From a virus (lineage: Duplodnaviria > Caudoviricetes), in the IMG/VR virus record IMGVR_UViG_3300029823_000290, positions 1-59,649 of that record: a stretch of DNA of 59,649 nucleotides, one strand, 5' to 3'. A program made the position numbers and the translations under genes. Below the pieces are notes generated by a model. That model made no database searches. It was not told where the DNA came from and saw only the letters and a list, made by a program, of their open reading frames with translations. Shown piece after piece: positions 1 to 9,354 of the stretch (position 1 is its first letter; each line of letters begins with the position of its first letter).

Positions 1-130
1 CATATTTTTGAGCGATAGTTGCCTCAATTTTCATCAATTCATCTTCTCGGATAATGCCTGCTGCAAGCCATCTATTGAAGACTGCCATGGTAGCCGTATA
101 GTAGATGACTGCTAATGTCTTACTACTCAT
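1..130 (-). CDS. Small SHOCT-like phage protein (partial, runs off the window)
   Basis: ATG at 130 overlaps the end of the upstream gene. Translates MSSKTLAVIYYTATMAVFNRWLAAGIIREDELMKIEATIAQKY. Such proteins typically precede serine recombinases in clostridial prophages. Confidence 0.6.
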   Translation of the reverse strand, partial: MSSKTLAVIYYTATMAVFNRWLAAGIIREDELMKIEATIAQKY

Positions 131-530
131 GCCGCACCGCCTTCGACCTGCCGTAGCAAGCGCGGGAGCAGTATTTGCGCTTCTTGTTTCCATAGCTTTC
201 AAAATCACGGCCACATATAGGGCAGGTAAAAGTATAAATGGCTTTACGGTTGACGGCTTCCGGGTGATCGTTCCACCAGGCCATGCGGCATTTATCCGAG
301 CAGAACCGTTTCTGCTTCACTCCAGCGGTCTGGATAAGGGGGGTTCTGCACTGTCGGCAAAGAATTCCGTCCCTCTGAAAGAAGATTTCTTTATTAGCAC
401 TACCAAGATTGTTCCTACGGCAGAAAGACTTCACCGTATTTTCCGAAATACCAAGAGCTGTCGATATTTTTGAATAACTAAAGCCGTCCTGTCGCATTTT
501 AATGATTTTCTCTTTTTGCTGTTGATTCAT
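123..530 (-). CDS. HTH (sigma-70 region 4-like) plus Zn-finger phage protein
   Basis: Start MNQQQK after a GGAGGAGG RBS. HTH SYSKISTALGISENTVKSFCRR; CxxC...FCSDKC and CPIC...YCSRAC repeats. Confidence 0.75.
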   Translation of the reverse strand: MNQQQKEKIIKMRQDGFSYSKISTALGISENTVKSFCRRNNLGSANKEIFFQRDGILCRQCRTPLIQTAGVKQKRFCSDKCRMAWWNDHPEAVNRKAIYTFTCPICGRDFESYGNKKRKYCSRACYGRSKAVRHE

Positions 531-670
531 TACAATACCTCCTCCGAAGGCAAACCTTAAAAGCCTTCGGTATAAGCCGCAGGAGGAGCAACAATCGGAC
601 GGTATCAAAATATTTCACCGTCATTACCTCCCACCGATATGCGAAAAACTTGCGGGAGTCGAACCCCAGC

Positions 671-708
671 AAAAAGAAAAAACCCGCAGAGCGAGTTGCT
701 CCACGGGC
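671..708 (-). terminator. Rho-independent terminator after the endolysin gene
   Basis: Minus strand reads CCCGTGGAGCAACTCGCTCTGCGGG followed by TTTTTTCTTTTT. Confidence 0.7.
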
Positions 709-730
709 GATTGCTTCAGAATAATAGTAT

Positions 731-1438
731 TCAATGTTGTTGAGACGAAATATATTCAGCCACTCGTTCAATAAGTAGTTCGGCATATTCCCCCTTAATG
801 GTTTTACCCGGCCGGGCATTTTCCAGCCAATATTCGGGGGATTTAAGTATACCGTTTCTTACTAACACCTCCAAAGCTCCTTCCAGACCATTCTTGCTTT
901 CTTCCATGTATGCTAACCCCAGTTGGGAGAGGATAGCGCCAGCAAATGCTTTGACAATTTCATCTCTCTTGGCATCAAACAGTGCATTGTCCTGGCTGTT
1001 ATCAATAAAGCCTATTTCAATTAGTACTGCAGGAGCCCTGGTTTCTCTTAAGACCTGATAATTAGCAGTTTTAACCCCCCGGTTTGCAAAACCGACCCCC
1101 ACCAGGGAGCTTTGAATTTTTTCAGCCAGCCCCTTTGACTTGGCTCCCGGATTCAAATAAGTGTAAGTTTCTACACCGGTAGCGGTTTCCGGCTTAAAAG
1201 CATTACGATGAAAGGATATGAAGTAATCAAAGCTGCCCATGTTTTCAAAATCACATCTAGCTTTCAGGCTTACACTAACATCAGCCGCCCTGGTCTCATC
1301 GATGATTACTCCATGGCGTCTCAACACTGCTGCTACGGCCCGACCTAGGCTAAGCACATCATCAGCTTCTTTTCTTCCTTTATATACTGCACCCGGGTCA
1401 TTGCCGCCATGCCCGTAGTCGAAACATAATCTAGCCAT
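731..1438 (-). CDS. N-acetylmuramoyl-L-alanine amidase (Amidase_3) endolysin
   Basis: DYGHGGNDPGA, ISFHRNA and AVLIEIGFIDN motifs; downstream of a holin. Confidence 0.92.
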   Translation of the reverse strand: MARLCFDYGHGGNDPGAVYKGRKEADDVLSLGRAVAAVLRRHGVIIDETRAADVSVSLKARCDFENMGSFDYFISFHRNAFKPETATGVETYTYLNPGAKSKGLAEKIQSSLVGVGFANRGVKTANYQVLRETRAPAVLIEIGFIDNSQDNALFDAKRDEIVKAFAGAILSQLGLAYMEESKNGLEGALEVLVRNGILKSPEYWLENARPGKTIKGEYAELLIERVAEYISSQQH

Positions 1439-1832
1439 TAATCTTTTCCTCCTTATTCAACTGGTCCAAAACCAGTTTGAGTTTTTCCGGAATAGGCAGG
1501 CCGATCTTGGCTGCGTTTTCCAGAATACTGATTCCTTCGTTGGATAAATAGAAGAAGATGACCGCGGTACGGACAGCGCTACCGTTTGTTATTACCTGGG
1601 TGTCGATAATGTGTCCCACTGCCACCAGGGCAAAAATCAGCACCTTCTTAAAGATGCCCCTGGCACCGACCTCGCTGGAAAGGCGTTTTTCCAGTATGGC
1701 CAACATGACGCCGGTCAGGTAATCGATAACCACAAAGGTAATCAGTGCGTATAAAAAGCCGTCCCAGCCTCCCAAGACCCAGCCCAGCCAGCCGCCAAAG
1801 GCCGTAAAGGCGATTTGAAATGAGCTTTTCAT
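1431..1832 (-). CDS. Phage holin (toxin secretion/phage lysis holin family)
   Basis: LGGWDG, IDYLTG, GIFKKV, FYLSNEGISILEN, GLPIP motifs. Confidence 0.92.
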   Translation of the reverse strand: MKSSFQIAFTAFGGWLGWVLGGWDGFLYALITFVVIDYLTGVMLAILEKRLSSEVGARGIFKKVLIFALVAVGHIIDTQVITNGSAVRTAVIFFYLSNEGISILENAAKIGLPIPEKLKLVLDQLNKEEKING

Positions 1833-1905
1833 TGTTAGTCCTCCTTAAAATTGGCAATAAAAAAGAGCCCCATGGCCCATCCTGAAAAATAACTTAAGCT
1901 GCCGA

Positions 1906-2325
1906 TTATTCGATAGCTGATGCAATCCTGCCTGACACTTCCTTTTGTATATCAGTTGGCACCTGATCAATGGTTCTCCTTCCTGCCAGCACCAATTCAG
2001 CCATCAATTCAGTGCTGACCGTGCCGGGATTTGCCTCCGAAAGTATGGCTACAGCCTCCATCAGTACCAGGTTGTAATGTTCCAACCTGGCAACTTTCTC
2101 ATCCAGCGTGATATTACTGCTGCCGTTTACTCTACCCAGCCATTCGGCAGTGGGCTTTAGCTCCAAATGACAGCCTTCTTTAGCAATAACCCGAATAGCT
2201 TCATAATTGGATAAATTAAGTTCAGGGTCATGGGCGAAGACATAGTCCTGTTCCGGAGCCAGTACCGGTTCAGTCTCAGATGCTTGCACTACTAAACCGT
2301 CGTTCTTGTTATATACCAAAAACAA
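1906..2325 (-). CDS. Putative tail-fibre assembly/chaperone protein
   Basis: Lies between tail genes and the holin; C-terminal GRRTIDQVP motif is typical of such proteins. Confidence 0.55.
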   Translation of the reverse strand: MFLVYNKNDGLVVQASETEPVLAPEQDYVFAHDPELNLSNYEAIRVIAKEGCHLELKPTAEWLGRVNGSSNITLDEKVARLEHYNLVLMEAVAILSEANPGTVSTELMAELVLAGRRTIDQVPTDIQKEVSGRIASAIE

Positions 2326-2343
2326 TAAGTCTGCCTCCCTTCG

Positions 2344-2871
2344 TTAATACCTGTAGATTTCCAGCTTGCCAACCATAGATCCGCCGCCCCCGCTGGAAAC
2401 AGAAAAATATATGGTAACAGACAGAGATGAGCGAAAGGGTATGCCTAAATTGGCTCGGCTGCTGATTACATTGATTTTTCCTGCTGAATCTGAAAAAAGG
2501 CAGACATTGGATACTCCCCAGGCTACACTGCCGTTAGCAGAACCAAAGGCAGGTAGGGCCATTCCGTCAACTGTTACGGTAGCCCGGCATCTACTGGTCC
2601 ATGAGGACGAACCACTGGCTTGTATATATATGTTTTGCAATATACCTGTGCCATTGTAGGAAATGGTTACACTTTGTTCAGTACTGCTCCAGCCGCTGGT
2701 GTTTGACGATATAGTGCCTAATTGCATGATGGTGTAGTTCTTTATATAATTTTGCATAACATCTTTCAGGTTGCCGATTTTGGCATGTAGACTACCCGCC
2801 GGATCAGTAGCATCGTTCCTTACTCCGACCTGCCTGCGGATAAAAGCCAGAATCTCTTCTGAGCCAAACAT
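2344..2871 (-). CDS. Putative tail tip/receptor-binding protein
   Basis: Start MFGSEE is coupled to the upstream stop. GSLHAK motif followed by a Ser/Thr/Gly-rich beta-type C-terminus. Confidence 0.55.
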   Translation of the reverse strand: MFGSEEILAFIRRQVGVRNDATDPAGSLHAKIGNLKDVMQNYIKNYTIMQLGTISSNTSGWSSTEQSVTISYNGTGILQNIYIQASGSSSWTSRCRATVTVDGMALPAFGSANGSVAWGVSNVCLFSDSAGKINVISSRANLGIPFRSSLSVTIYFSVSSGGGGSMVGKLEIYRY

Positions 2872-3611
2872 TACACCACCCCCCGTTTTAATATCTCGCC
2901 TGACCATTGATAGGTTTTGATCTGCCTGACCCCGCCAGAAAAACCGGAAGCGGGGGGCAGGTACCGGTAGGCTTTGGCGATTAGATCACCGTCCCATATA
3001 AGCCAGGTAATAGCGTTGTAGCCATAGATGCCATGTAATAGGTTGCCCGTTTCCCCGTTATATACGCTGAAGTGGATGGCGTTCTCCGCTGTCCAGGCTC
3101 CGCTGTTTCCCGCTCTTTTGTAAGTAGGGTATAAGGAGTCTTGTATGGTTTCCCCATGCAGGTGGAAATGGTTATCAGCATCCCCGGCTTTTTTAATGAT
3201 CAGCCAGTAGTAAGCGCCGCTCACTAAGTCAGATATATCTATAGGGATGCTGAAATATCCCTTGCTGGTGGGAATAAACTCTTTGGGCAACACCATGAAT
3301 CTGAGCAACGAACCCGCTGTTGAACCCTCCGGATTAAAGCCGTCCCGCAGTTCGACCAAGAGATCGGCACCCTGACCATGCTTGATAATTTCAAAGGTCA
3401 CTCTCGCGATAGCGGCAGCGGCATCGGCTTTAAAACGCACCGCATGGTCATATCCGGCACAGTCAAATTCAGCAATGCCCGCTCCGGTTTTGCCACCAAA
3501 AGCGGTGCCTTCATAAATATGCGAGAATTCCTGCATCATCATAGCAGCATTAGCCAGGTTCTCATCGATTACGGTTCGGCCGCTTTCAGCTGCAAACAAC
3601 ACAAAAATCAC
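2871..3611 (-). CDS. Phage tail-associated protein
   Basis: 246-aa ORF in the co-oriented tail module. Confidence 0.55.
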   Translation of the reverse strand: MIFVLFAAESGRTVIDENLANAAMMMQEFSHIYEGTAFGGKTGAGIAEFDCAGYDHAVRFKADAAAAIARVTFEIIKHGQGADLLVELRDGFNPEGSTAGSLLRFMVLPKEFIPTSKGYFSIPIDISDLVSGAYYWLIIKKAGDADNHFHLHGETIQDSLYPTYKRAGNSGAWTAENAIHFSVYNGETGNLLHGIYGYNAITWLIWDGDLIAKAYRYLPPASGFSGGVRQIKTYQWSGEILKRGVV

Positions 3612-3614
3612 CCC

Positions 3615-4025
3615 CTACTGCAGAGTAAGCCTGCATTCCACTGTCAAAATCATCTGGTTTTCCTTGCCCCAGGGTACTTTTAAGAGGTTAAACATAATGC
3701 CTGAACCGGGGGCATCGCTGGCGTCAGTAAAGATACAGGTCTTTTGGTGCTGCCCGTTGCCTTCTCCAGACAAGAGTACCGTCCTGAAGCGGATCATGTT
3801 TCCGGACTGGGTCACCACCGATACCGCCTTGCGGTAAACTTCGGATATGGTATCCCCTTCGGCCGTATCATCACCAATAACAAGATAGGGGCTGGATAGC
3901 CCGGCCAGCTTCTGGGCAGCTATACTTAAGCCTGCGCTGGTAACATAGTTTTTTAAGGGGCCGATAACTTTGCCATCCCCGTATTCCAAATACCATTCTG
4001 ATTTAAAGCTTATAGTATCTTTCAT
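3615..4025 (-). CDS. Phage tail/baseplate-associated protein
   Basis: KNYVTSAGL...IGD...EVYRK pattern seen in tail-fibre N-terminal/baseplate proteins. Start taken as MKDTIS. Confidence 0.55.
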   Translation of the reverse strand: MKDTISFKSEWYLEYGDGKVIGPLKNYVTSAGLSIAAQKLAGLSSPYLVIGDDTAEGDTISEVYRKAVSVVTQSGNMIRFRTVLLSGEGNGQHQKTCIFTDASDAPGSGIMFNLLKVPWGKENQMILTVECRLTLQ

Positions 4026-4026
4026 G

Positions 4027-4368
4027 TCACACCACTCCATACTGGCCTAATACCACCGTCAGGCCAACCAGCGAGTCGGCTTCATCTGGCGATTTGTAGT
4101 TAAAGACCTGCACGTTGGCTTTTTGATAGGCCCTGAATTTGATAAAGCCCGGGAAAGGTACTGTTACAGCTTCGGAAAAGTCCACATCCGCCCAGTCACT
4201 CCACTGGCTGCCATCAATACTTGTTGATATCTGCAACCCCCTAGGCAATGACATAGCTTGGGTCTGGGGAAAGATGCGGGCCAGGCTGCCAATAGTGGGT
4301 ACAGGTTGGCTTTCCGGTTGCGGGATGTTTTCAAGCCCCCACTTGTGCATTTGCCATATCATAGACAT
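4027..4368 (-). CDS. Hypothetical phage tail-module protein
   Basis: GGAGG RBS; operon context; STSIDGSQWSDW motif. Confidence 0.55.
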   Translation of the reverse strand: MSMIWQMHKWGLENIPQPESQPVPTIGSLARIFPQTQAMSLPRGLQISTSIDGSQWSDWADVDFSEAVTVPFPGFIKFRAYQKANVQVFNYKSPDEADSLVGLTVVLGQYGVV

Positions 4369-4379
4369 AGCCTAACCTC

Positions 4380-4991
4380 CTATGTGATATCCTCAGCTGT
4401 AATCACCGCCAGTATTGACCATAGGCCGACACTGGTGTTGGTTATCTGTTTGATACTGAAACCTTCTCCTGGCCGTATACATAAAGGCTTAACGTCCATT
4501 CCCCGGGGTATCATATTGAAATCCAGCAAAGGAGTGGCATTAAGGGTCAGGGGAATTTCATCGTTATTAAGAGTCACCGGCCACAGCAAGGCCCCTTCAG
4601 CAATGGTGGCTCCGGTAGCAATATGAATTGTCGCTGTCAGGTTAACATCCGCCGTGTCAGCTTTTTGCGGAGTTATAACCGTACCGCCGCTCTGGCTGGT
4701 GGTACGCATAAAATCCAGTTCCACCCCTACGCCGGAAACCGATGTCAGTGACATGTTGACAATGGATAGCCTAGGGACCCGAATTAAATACCCGCTGCCT
4801 GTATCGTTATATATGGAAAACAAATGTTTGTTTTGCGCCAGAGAAATGCTGCGCGCTAAACAATAAAAGGTAGGAAGCCCTTGTAGGGCAACATACTGCT
4901 CATAGCCCGCTGTGCCTTCAATCGCCCGGTAGCGCGCGTTTAACTTTTTCCCGATGCTGTCGGGCGGGACTTGAATATATCCGCCAGCCAT
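4380..4991 (-). CDS. Hypothetical phage structural protein
   Basis: AGGAGG RBS; 203-aa ORF in the tail module. Confidence 0.6.
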   Translation of the reverse strand: MAGGYIQVPPDSIGKKLNARYRAIEGTAGYEQYVALQGLPTFYCLARSISLAQNKHLFSIYNDTGSGYLIRVPRLSIVNMSLTSVSGVGVELDFMRTTSQSGGTVITPQKADTADVNLTATIHIATGATIAEGALLWPVTLNNDEIPLTLNATPLLDFNMIPRGMDVKPLCIRPGEGFSIKQITNTSVGLWSILAVITAEDIT

Positions 4992-4995
4992 TACA

Positions 4996-6513
4996 TCAAC
5001 CTCCTATCATTACTGCGCTGCTTGCACAGCTTTCGACCAGCCAGGGCCGGTTTCTGCCTGCTGTAAGCAGCGCATCTTTTATCGCTATGGCTTCGGTTCC
5101 ATAAACGAACTTATGGATCAGTTTGGTGTCGTTCATTTTTTTCTTCTGCTGGGCGGAGACCAGGGCTTTAAGAAAATCGGCTATCCCTAAGAGGCGTCCG
5201 CCGTATTCTATGGTGTATATCCAAAGACCGGCTTCACTTAAGGAGATGGTCACCTTTTGGACTAGGAAAACTGCGTTCACACCTCGTTCAGGAAGCTCAA
5301 TGTTTACTAACTGTCCCGGTTCCCATTCCGGCACAGCGGTGATGAAACTGCCTCTGGTCTTAGGATTAGCCCATTCCCTAAGGTCGGCATTTCCGGCCGC
5401 TTCAGCTGATTCAATGGTGGTCAGGGTATCATCTTTGATATAGTGCTCATACACCCCATCAAATTGCCCGGAACGAATAAGATTGCGAGCTTCCTCTAAA
5501 TCCGATAGATGGTTTTGCGGAAGGTTTTGTACTTGGATCAACCGCCCAGCAAAGCGGCCGGTACGATTAGCTCCATAGAACTGCAGCAACCCGCGCGCCC
5601 TACTGTCGGAGCAGACTGCGTTTTCCATCGCTGTGTATTTCTTTATACTGGACTTGGCTAGCTTCTGCCGTAATTCTAAAACACGTCCCAGACTGCCGGG
5701 TGCGGTCTTAAGCAGTTCCTTAACCGTGGCCTTGTCCAACGTATCTGTTTCAAGGCCATGATCAGCAAGCCAGGACTTCATCTGCGCGACTGAGTTGGGA
5801 TTATCCAGTGCAGTCAGTTCTTGCATAACTCGCGTCAGTTCCGACCGGGATTGCTCATCACAGCTGATCGCCTGCCTGACCAGGGTCATGTCCAGCAGGA
5901 TACCTCGATCATTGATTTCCTGGTCAAGGATATAGTTTTTCCACTCATCTTCCGGTACGGGAAAATTCGCCAGCTTTGCCTGTATTGCCATTTCCGTTTC
6001 CACATCGCTGGCATTATAGGCTTTGAAGCGTTCCCATCTTTCAATGTCGTGCTCGGGAAGATTACGTGTTCGCTGGCCGTTTGTTTTTGTAGGCTTGCAG
6101 GGCATGGAGAAGTAGCGGATTAGATCTTTCCCCTCGATCAGCTTTTGCTTTTCTGCGCCGGTGACCAACGCAGCACCCTCCAGCGATAAAGGCAGACCAA
6201 GATAGGCGGACCAGACCATGGTACAGCGCCAGGAATTTGGTTTCAGCCACTGGTTAAGATAGCGGGACAGACATACCCGTTCGAACTGCGCATTATGTGC
6301 CCATTTGATAACGGATTCATCTAAAAGGGCGCTGTAAATCTCATCCGGCATATGTTCACCTCTGGCCAGATCAATAACCTGAACACCTCCGCCGTCAACA
6401 CTGTAGCCGAACAACAGGATTTCAAAATCCGGGGACTCAGTATAGCGATAGACCCCGCTTTTCGCGAGGTCTATCGTGCTGAAAGTCTCTAAATCAATAC
6501 TAAGCGTTCTCAT
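4996..6513 (-). pseudogene. Chimeric ORF: N-terminal part of a phage family-A DNA polymerase fused in frame to the C-terminus of a tail protein
   Basis: Exo motifs IDLETFS, AHNAQFER and YNASDVETE and the motif RTGRFAGRLIQVQNLP are present. Polymerase motifs A, B and C are absent. After RSGQFD (~5460) the sequence switches to tail-like GVYEHYIKD...WEPGQLVNIELPERG. Confidence 0.8.
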
Positions 6514-7088
6514 GACAGAAAATCATCGTCCACATCAGTGGCAAAATCATCAGCAGCACTTGATTTGCTGCCCAGCGGTTCACCGTCACGAATTTTCTGG
6601 ATGTTGCCCAAGCCACAGGCAATTCCTTTGTTGCCGTTGGAGTTGAAGGCATAAAAGTTTATGCTGACTCTCGCGTAAACACCAGAATAGATTTCTGAAC
6701 GCTCAAGGATAGGGTTGACTTGTCTGTCCACGATTTGTGGAGCGGTATTGCTATTGGCGTTTACAAAATAGCTGTTGGAGTAGGCTTCGTCATCAGGGCG
6801 GTCGACATCGCCATCACGAAGCGGAAGTTTTAACTGCGCTTTAGAAGGAATCTTGCCGCCAAATTTGCCTTTGCCTTCCTCGATCGCTGCATCCACAGCT
6901 GCATTGATGGCCGCGATGGTCTTAGTGTCTGACTTGGGGATAATCAGGCTGACACTGTATTTTTCCGCACCGCCGTTGATGGACTTGGGTTCCCATACGT
7001 TCGCATAGGATAGGCGTACGATGCCGGTGATAACCTTGGTAGGATTTTTCCCAGGACTACGATTAACTCTGTTTGCTGTATTTGACAT
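6510..7088 (-). CDS. DUF2815 family ssDNA-binding protein (T7 gp2.5-like fold)
   Basis: VRLSYANVWEP, KYSVSLIIPK, PLRDGD, YSGVYARVS, GLGNIQK motifs and acidic tail DDDFLS. Confidence 0.9.
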   Translation of the reverse strand: MSNTANRVNRSPGKNPTKVITGIVRLSYANVWEPKSINGGAEKYSVSLIIPKSDTKTIAAINAAVDAAIEEGKGKFGGKIPSKAQLKLPLRDGDVDRPDDEAYSNSYFVNANSNTAPQIVDRQVNPILERSEIYSGVYARVSINFYAFNSNGNKGIACGLGNIQKIRDGEPLGSKSSAADDFATDVDDDFLS

Positions 7089-7092
7089 AGTA

Positions 7093-8220
7093 TTAAACCT
7101 CCATAAATTCGTTTTTTGCGTTTGATATACTCATCGCCGGTCGCTTGTCCGTAACCGGAACCAGGGTCGGTTTGCCGGGCGGCTTTATAACCAGTCCGCC
7201 GAGAATTTCATTGAACCTTGATTTGCCCATCAGCTTTTCCATCTCAGTAATGCTGATAAGGCTCTCTCTATAGATGTCGCGGTATCCAGCAGCTTTTGCT
7301 GCTTCGGCGACGGCCTTCTCATCGGTATATTTCCGGACGGAGCGCCCCTCGACCACCTTGAAACCGGGCCACTCCTTGCCATGGTTCACAGCGGCGTCTG
7401 TGGCATAGGATATAATCTCATTTGCCCAACTCGTCAGGTCGCCGATCAAATTAAGAACCTCACCAATTTCCTCATCGGAAAGCAAGGGAGGAAGTGCAAA
7501 CTCAAAGGCCGCCAGTTTAAGCTTGGCTTCGGCTCTGGCTCGACACTTTACCGCAGCCTGGCAGAACTGACAGTGTTCACCCGGGACGTAGTCGCCCTCA
7601 CCTTTAAAAGCCAACTCAGCCGTGGGTATCAGTGTTTCCTCCGCCCATTGATAAAGCGATTCCTTAAATACCGTGAAGGTGCTGACATTCTCCCGGCGTG
7701 GCTGAAAAATGGTCATGGCCACTGTACTGACGTCATATATCCCGTCAAACAGTTCCAGGGCACCAAGTGCATACAGCTTCATCTGGGGATTGTCCTTGGC
7801 ATTCACCAGAACGCCCTGCCCATACTTAAAATCAATAACATGGAGTGTACCATCGCCGATAATAACGCAGTCGCCGGTTCCGAAACCATCCGGTACATAC
7901 CTGGAAAAATCCAACCTCTGCTCAATCAGCACCAACGGGTCGTTGCAGGCCAACTTTATCTGGGCGATGGTTTCAAGCACAAAATCCACGTAAGCGTCGG
8001 TGTGGGCGTCCATTTCGTCGCAGTCGTACTTGGAGATTGGCTTCTTCGAGCGCATTTTTAGTGCTCGGCGCAGTTTGTGTTCAGCGAGGGCATGAGCTGC
8101 GGTACCCTCAGCAGCAGCTTCGCTTTCACTCTCATCGAACTCTAGTTCCAGCCTGGCTGATGGAGTACAGTTCATCCAGCGGTGCGCTCCAGAAGCGGAG
8201 AGTATAGCGTGTTTACTCAT
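7093..8220 (-). CDS. DUF2800 family PD-(D/E)XK (Cas4-like) phage nuclease
   Basis: HAILSASGAHRW..CTPS, EGTAAH, GFGTGD, IDFKYGQG, QMKLYALG, HCQFC motifs. Confidence 0.9.
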   Translation of the reverse strand: MSKHAILSASGAHRWMNCTPSARLELEFDESESEAAAEGTAAHALAEHKLRRALKMRSKKPISKYDCDEMDAHTDAYVDFVLETIAQIKLACNDPLVLIEQRLDFSRYVPDGFGTGDCVIIGDGTLHVIDFKYGQGVLVNAKDNPQMKLYALGALELFDGIYDVSTVAMTIFQPRRENVSTFTVFKESLYQWAEETLIPTAELAFKGEGDYVPGEHCQFCQAAVKCRARAEAKLKLAAFEFALPPLLSDEEIGEVLNLIGDLTSWANEIISYATDAAVNHGKEWPGFKVVEGRSVRKYTDEKAVAEAAKAAGYRDIYRESLISITEMEKLMGKSRFNEILGGLVIKPPGKPTLVPVTDKRPAMSISNAKNEFMEV

Positions 8221-8540
8221 TTCAGCCCCTCCGCATCCGTGAGAAGTGCGGGATAATTCGCCGGGTCAATCTCACTGAGCCTTGATGCACCGTGCTTCTC
8301 CAACAGTGCTCGGACCTCAGCGGTAAAGCCATCATGGCTTTTCGCAGCCAGCACAGCCCGGACTTGCTCAAGCGTGACCGCTTTGGTTTCAGGTTTTTCT
8401 TCCTTTTTGACAGTTGGTGCTTCCGGCTTCAAAGCCCCGCTAGGCTCACCATCCGCCATTGTCTCTGCTACAGCCCAAATGCTGTCTGCCAGATTTTTTA
8501 GGTTAGCCGCTACATCTAGCAATAGCTTGGTTTTGCTCAT
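8217..8540 (-). CDS. Conserved phage protein upstream of DUF2800
   Basis: VTLEQVRAVLA...LLEKHGASRLSEIDPANY pattern; GGAGGG RBS. Confidence 0.75.
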   Translation of the reverse strand: MSKTKLLLDVAANLKNLADSIWAVAETMADGEPSGALKPEAPTVKKEEKPETKAVTLEQVRAVLAAKSHDGFTAEVRALLEKHGASRLSEIDPANYPALLTDAEGLK

Positions 8541-8727
8541 GGCTATCACCCCCCTCCTCAATAATTGAAAGCGCTCTCACACTGTCGCCTGGGAAAATGA
8601 CCGTCAGCCTTTGCTTGTCACCAAGCAGGAGACGCAGCAGTCTCTCGCGCACGGTGACATGGCGACAGCCAACTATTCCGCCGCCCTGTGGTTCCTTTGA
8701 AACACTAATTCTAAGCGTGTGCTTCAT
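8503..8727 (-). CDS. Conserved small phage protein
   Basis: MKHTLRISVSK...RERLLRLLLG...PGDSV; first gene of the replication operon. Confidence 0.7.
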   Translation of the reverse strand: MKHTLRISVSKEPQGGGIVGCRHVTVRERLLRLLLGDKQRLTVIFPGDSVRALSIIEEGGDSHEQNQAIARCSG

Positions 8728-8808
8728 TCGGATCACCTTGCCTTTCCGAAGGCTGATTTCTTGTGCCTTCTGCTTTATGCCACCTGCGGAAGATAAATCG
8801 GACGGTTA

Positions 8809-9192
8809 CTATAACACTTTTTTAAGTTTGTTCTTTGCTCGGTTTACAGCGTGGCGTATAGCGGACTCGTCCACGCCTTCCAGGGCAGCAAGTTCTGTGT
8901 ATTTCCAACCTTCCAGACAGGTTTTACGGATAAGGTACTGCTGTCGCTCGGTCAGGTGGGACATAGCGCGGCTAACAGTTTCTGAAGCTATAAGGTCGGC
9001 AAGCAAGTCCGTTCCATCGTCAAAGAACCGCTTGTCCTCATAGGTGAAACTCTCAAGGGAAGTGTGGCGGCGGGTTTCCCGCCGTTCATTTTTCTTTTCT
9101 TCTTCTACGGAACTGAGATAGAAGGTACCGACTTCGTCAGAAACCTCCAATTCGATGATTCTGCCATCGGCATCTTTGTAATTTATTAACAT
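8809..9192 (-). CDS. Sigma-70 region 4-containing phage sigma factor/regulator
   Basis: RRHTSLE motif, LTERQQYLI, and HTH YTELAALEGVDESAIRHAVNRAKNKLKK; AGGAGG RBS. Confidence 0.85.
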   Translation of the reverse strand: MLINYKDADGRIIELEVSDEVGTFYLSSVEEEKKNERRETRRHTSLESFTYEDKRFFDDGTDLLADLIASETVSRAMSHLTERQQYLIRKTCLEGWKYTELAALEGVDESAIRHAVNRAKNKLKKVL

Positions 9193-9196
9193 CTTT

Positions 9197-9330
9197 TTCC
9201 TCCTGCGATTTTCAAAAGTTGGCTTGAAAATCCGCAGGGGGCCGATGTCTCAAATCCGTAGAAACAAAACGAGACGGGCGGCGACACCAGTGGTTGGTGT
9301 CATCCTGCCCGTCTCGCGGTTCTGCGGATT
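9197..9330 (-). promoter_or_regulatory. Structured leader RNA of the sigma-like gene
   Basis: Nested inverted repeats plus a hairpin (9202-9238) that overlaps the RBS. Confidence 0.55.
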
Positions 9331-9354
9331 CTCGTTATTGACTTGTGTTTGCGG

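Noticed and set aside
654-667. GGGAGTCGAACCCC, a 14-bp match to the ssrA T-arm (59586-59599); possible att site or tRNA
   Set aside because: There is no acceptor end or cloverleaf, and it lies inside the left element between co-oriented phage genes. It is more likely a promoter-type motif or chance.
4996-5460. Intein or novel domain in the polymerase
   Set aside because: There are no intein terminal motifs and the polymerase sequence never resumes. A deletion fusion explains it better.
7093-8220. Cas4-like nuclease suggesting CRISPR-Cas
   Set aside because: It sits in the standard DUF2800-DUF2815-PolA phage replication context. I saw no cas genes or repeat-spacer array anywhere in the window.
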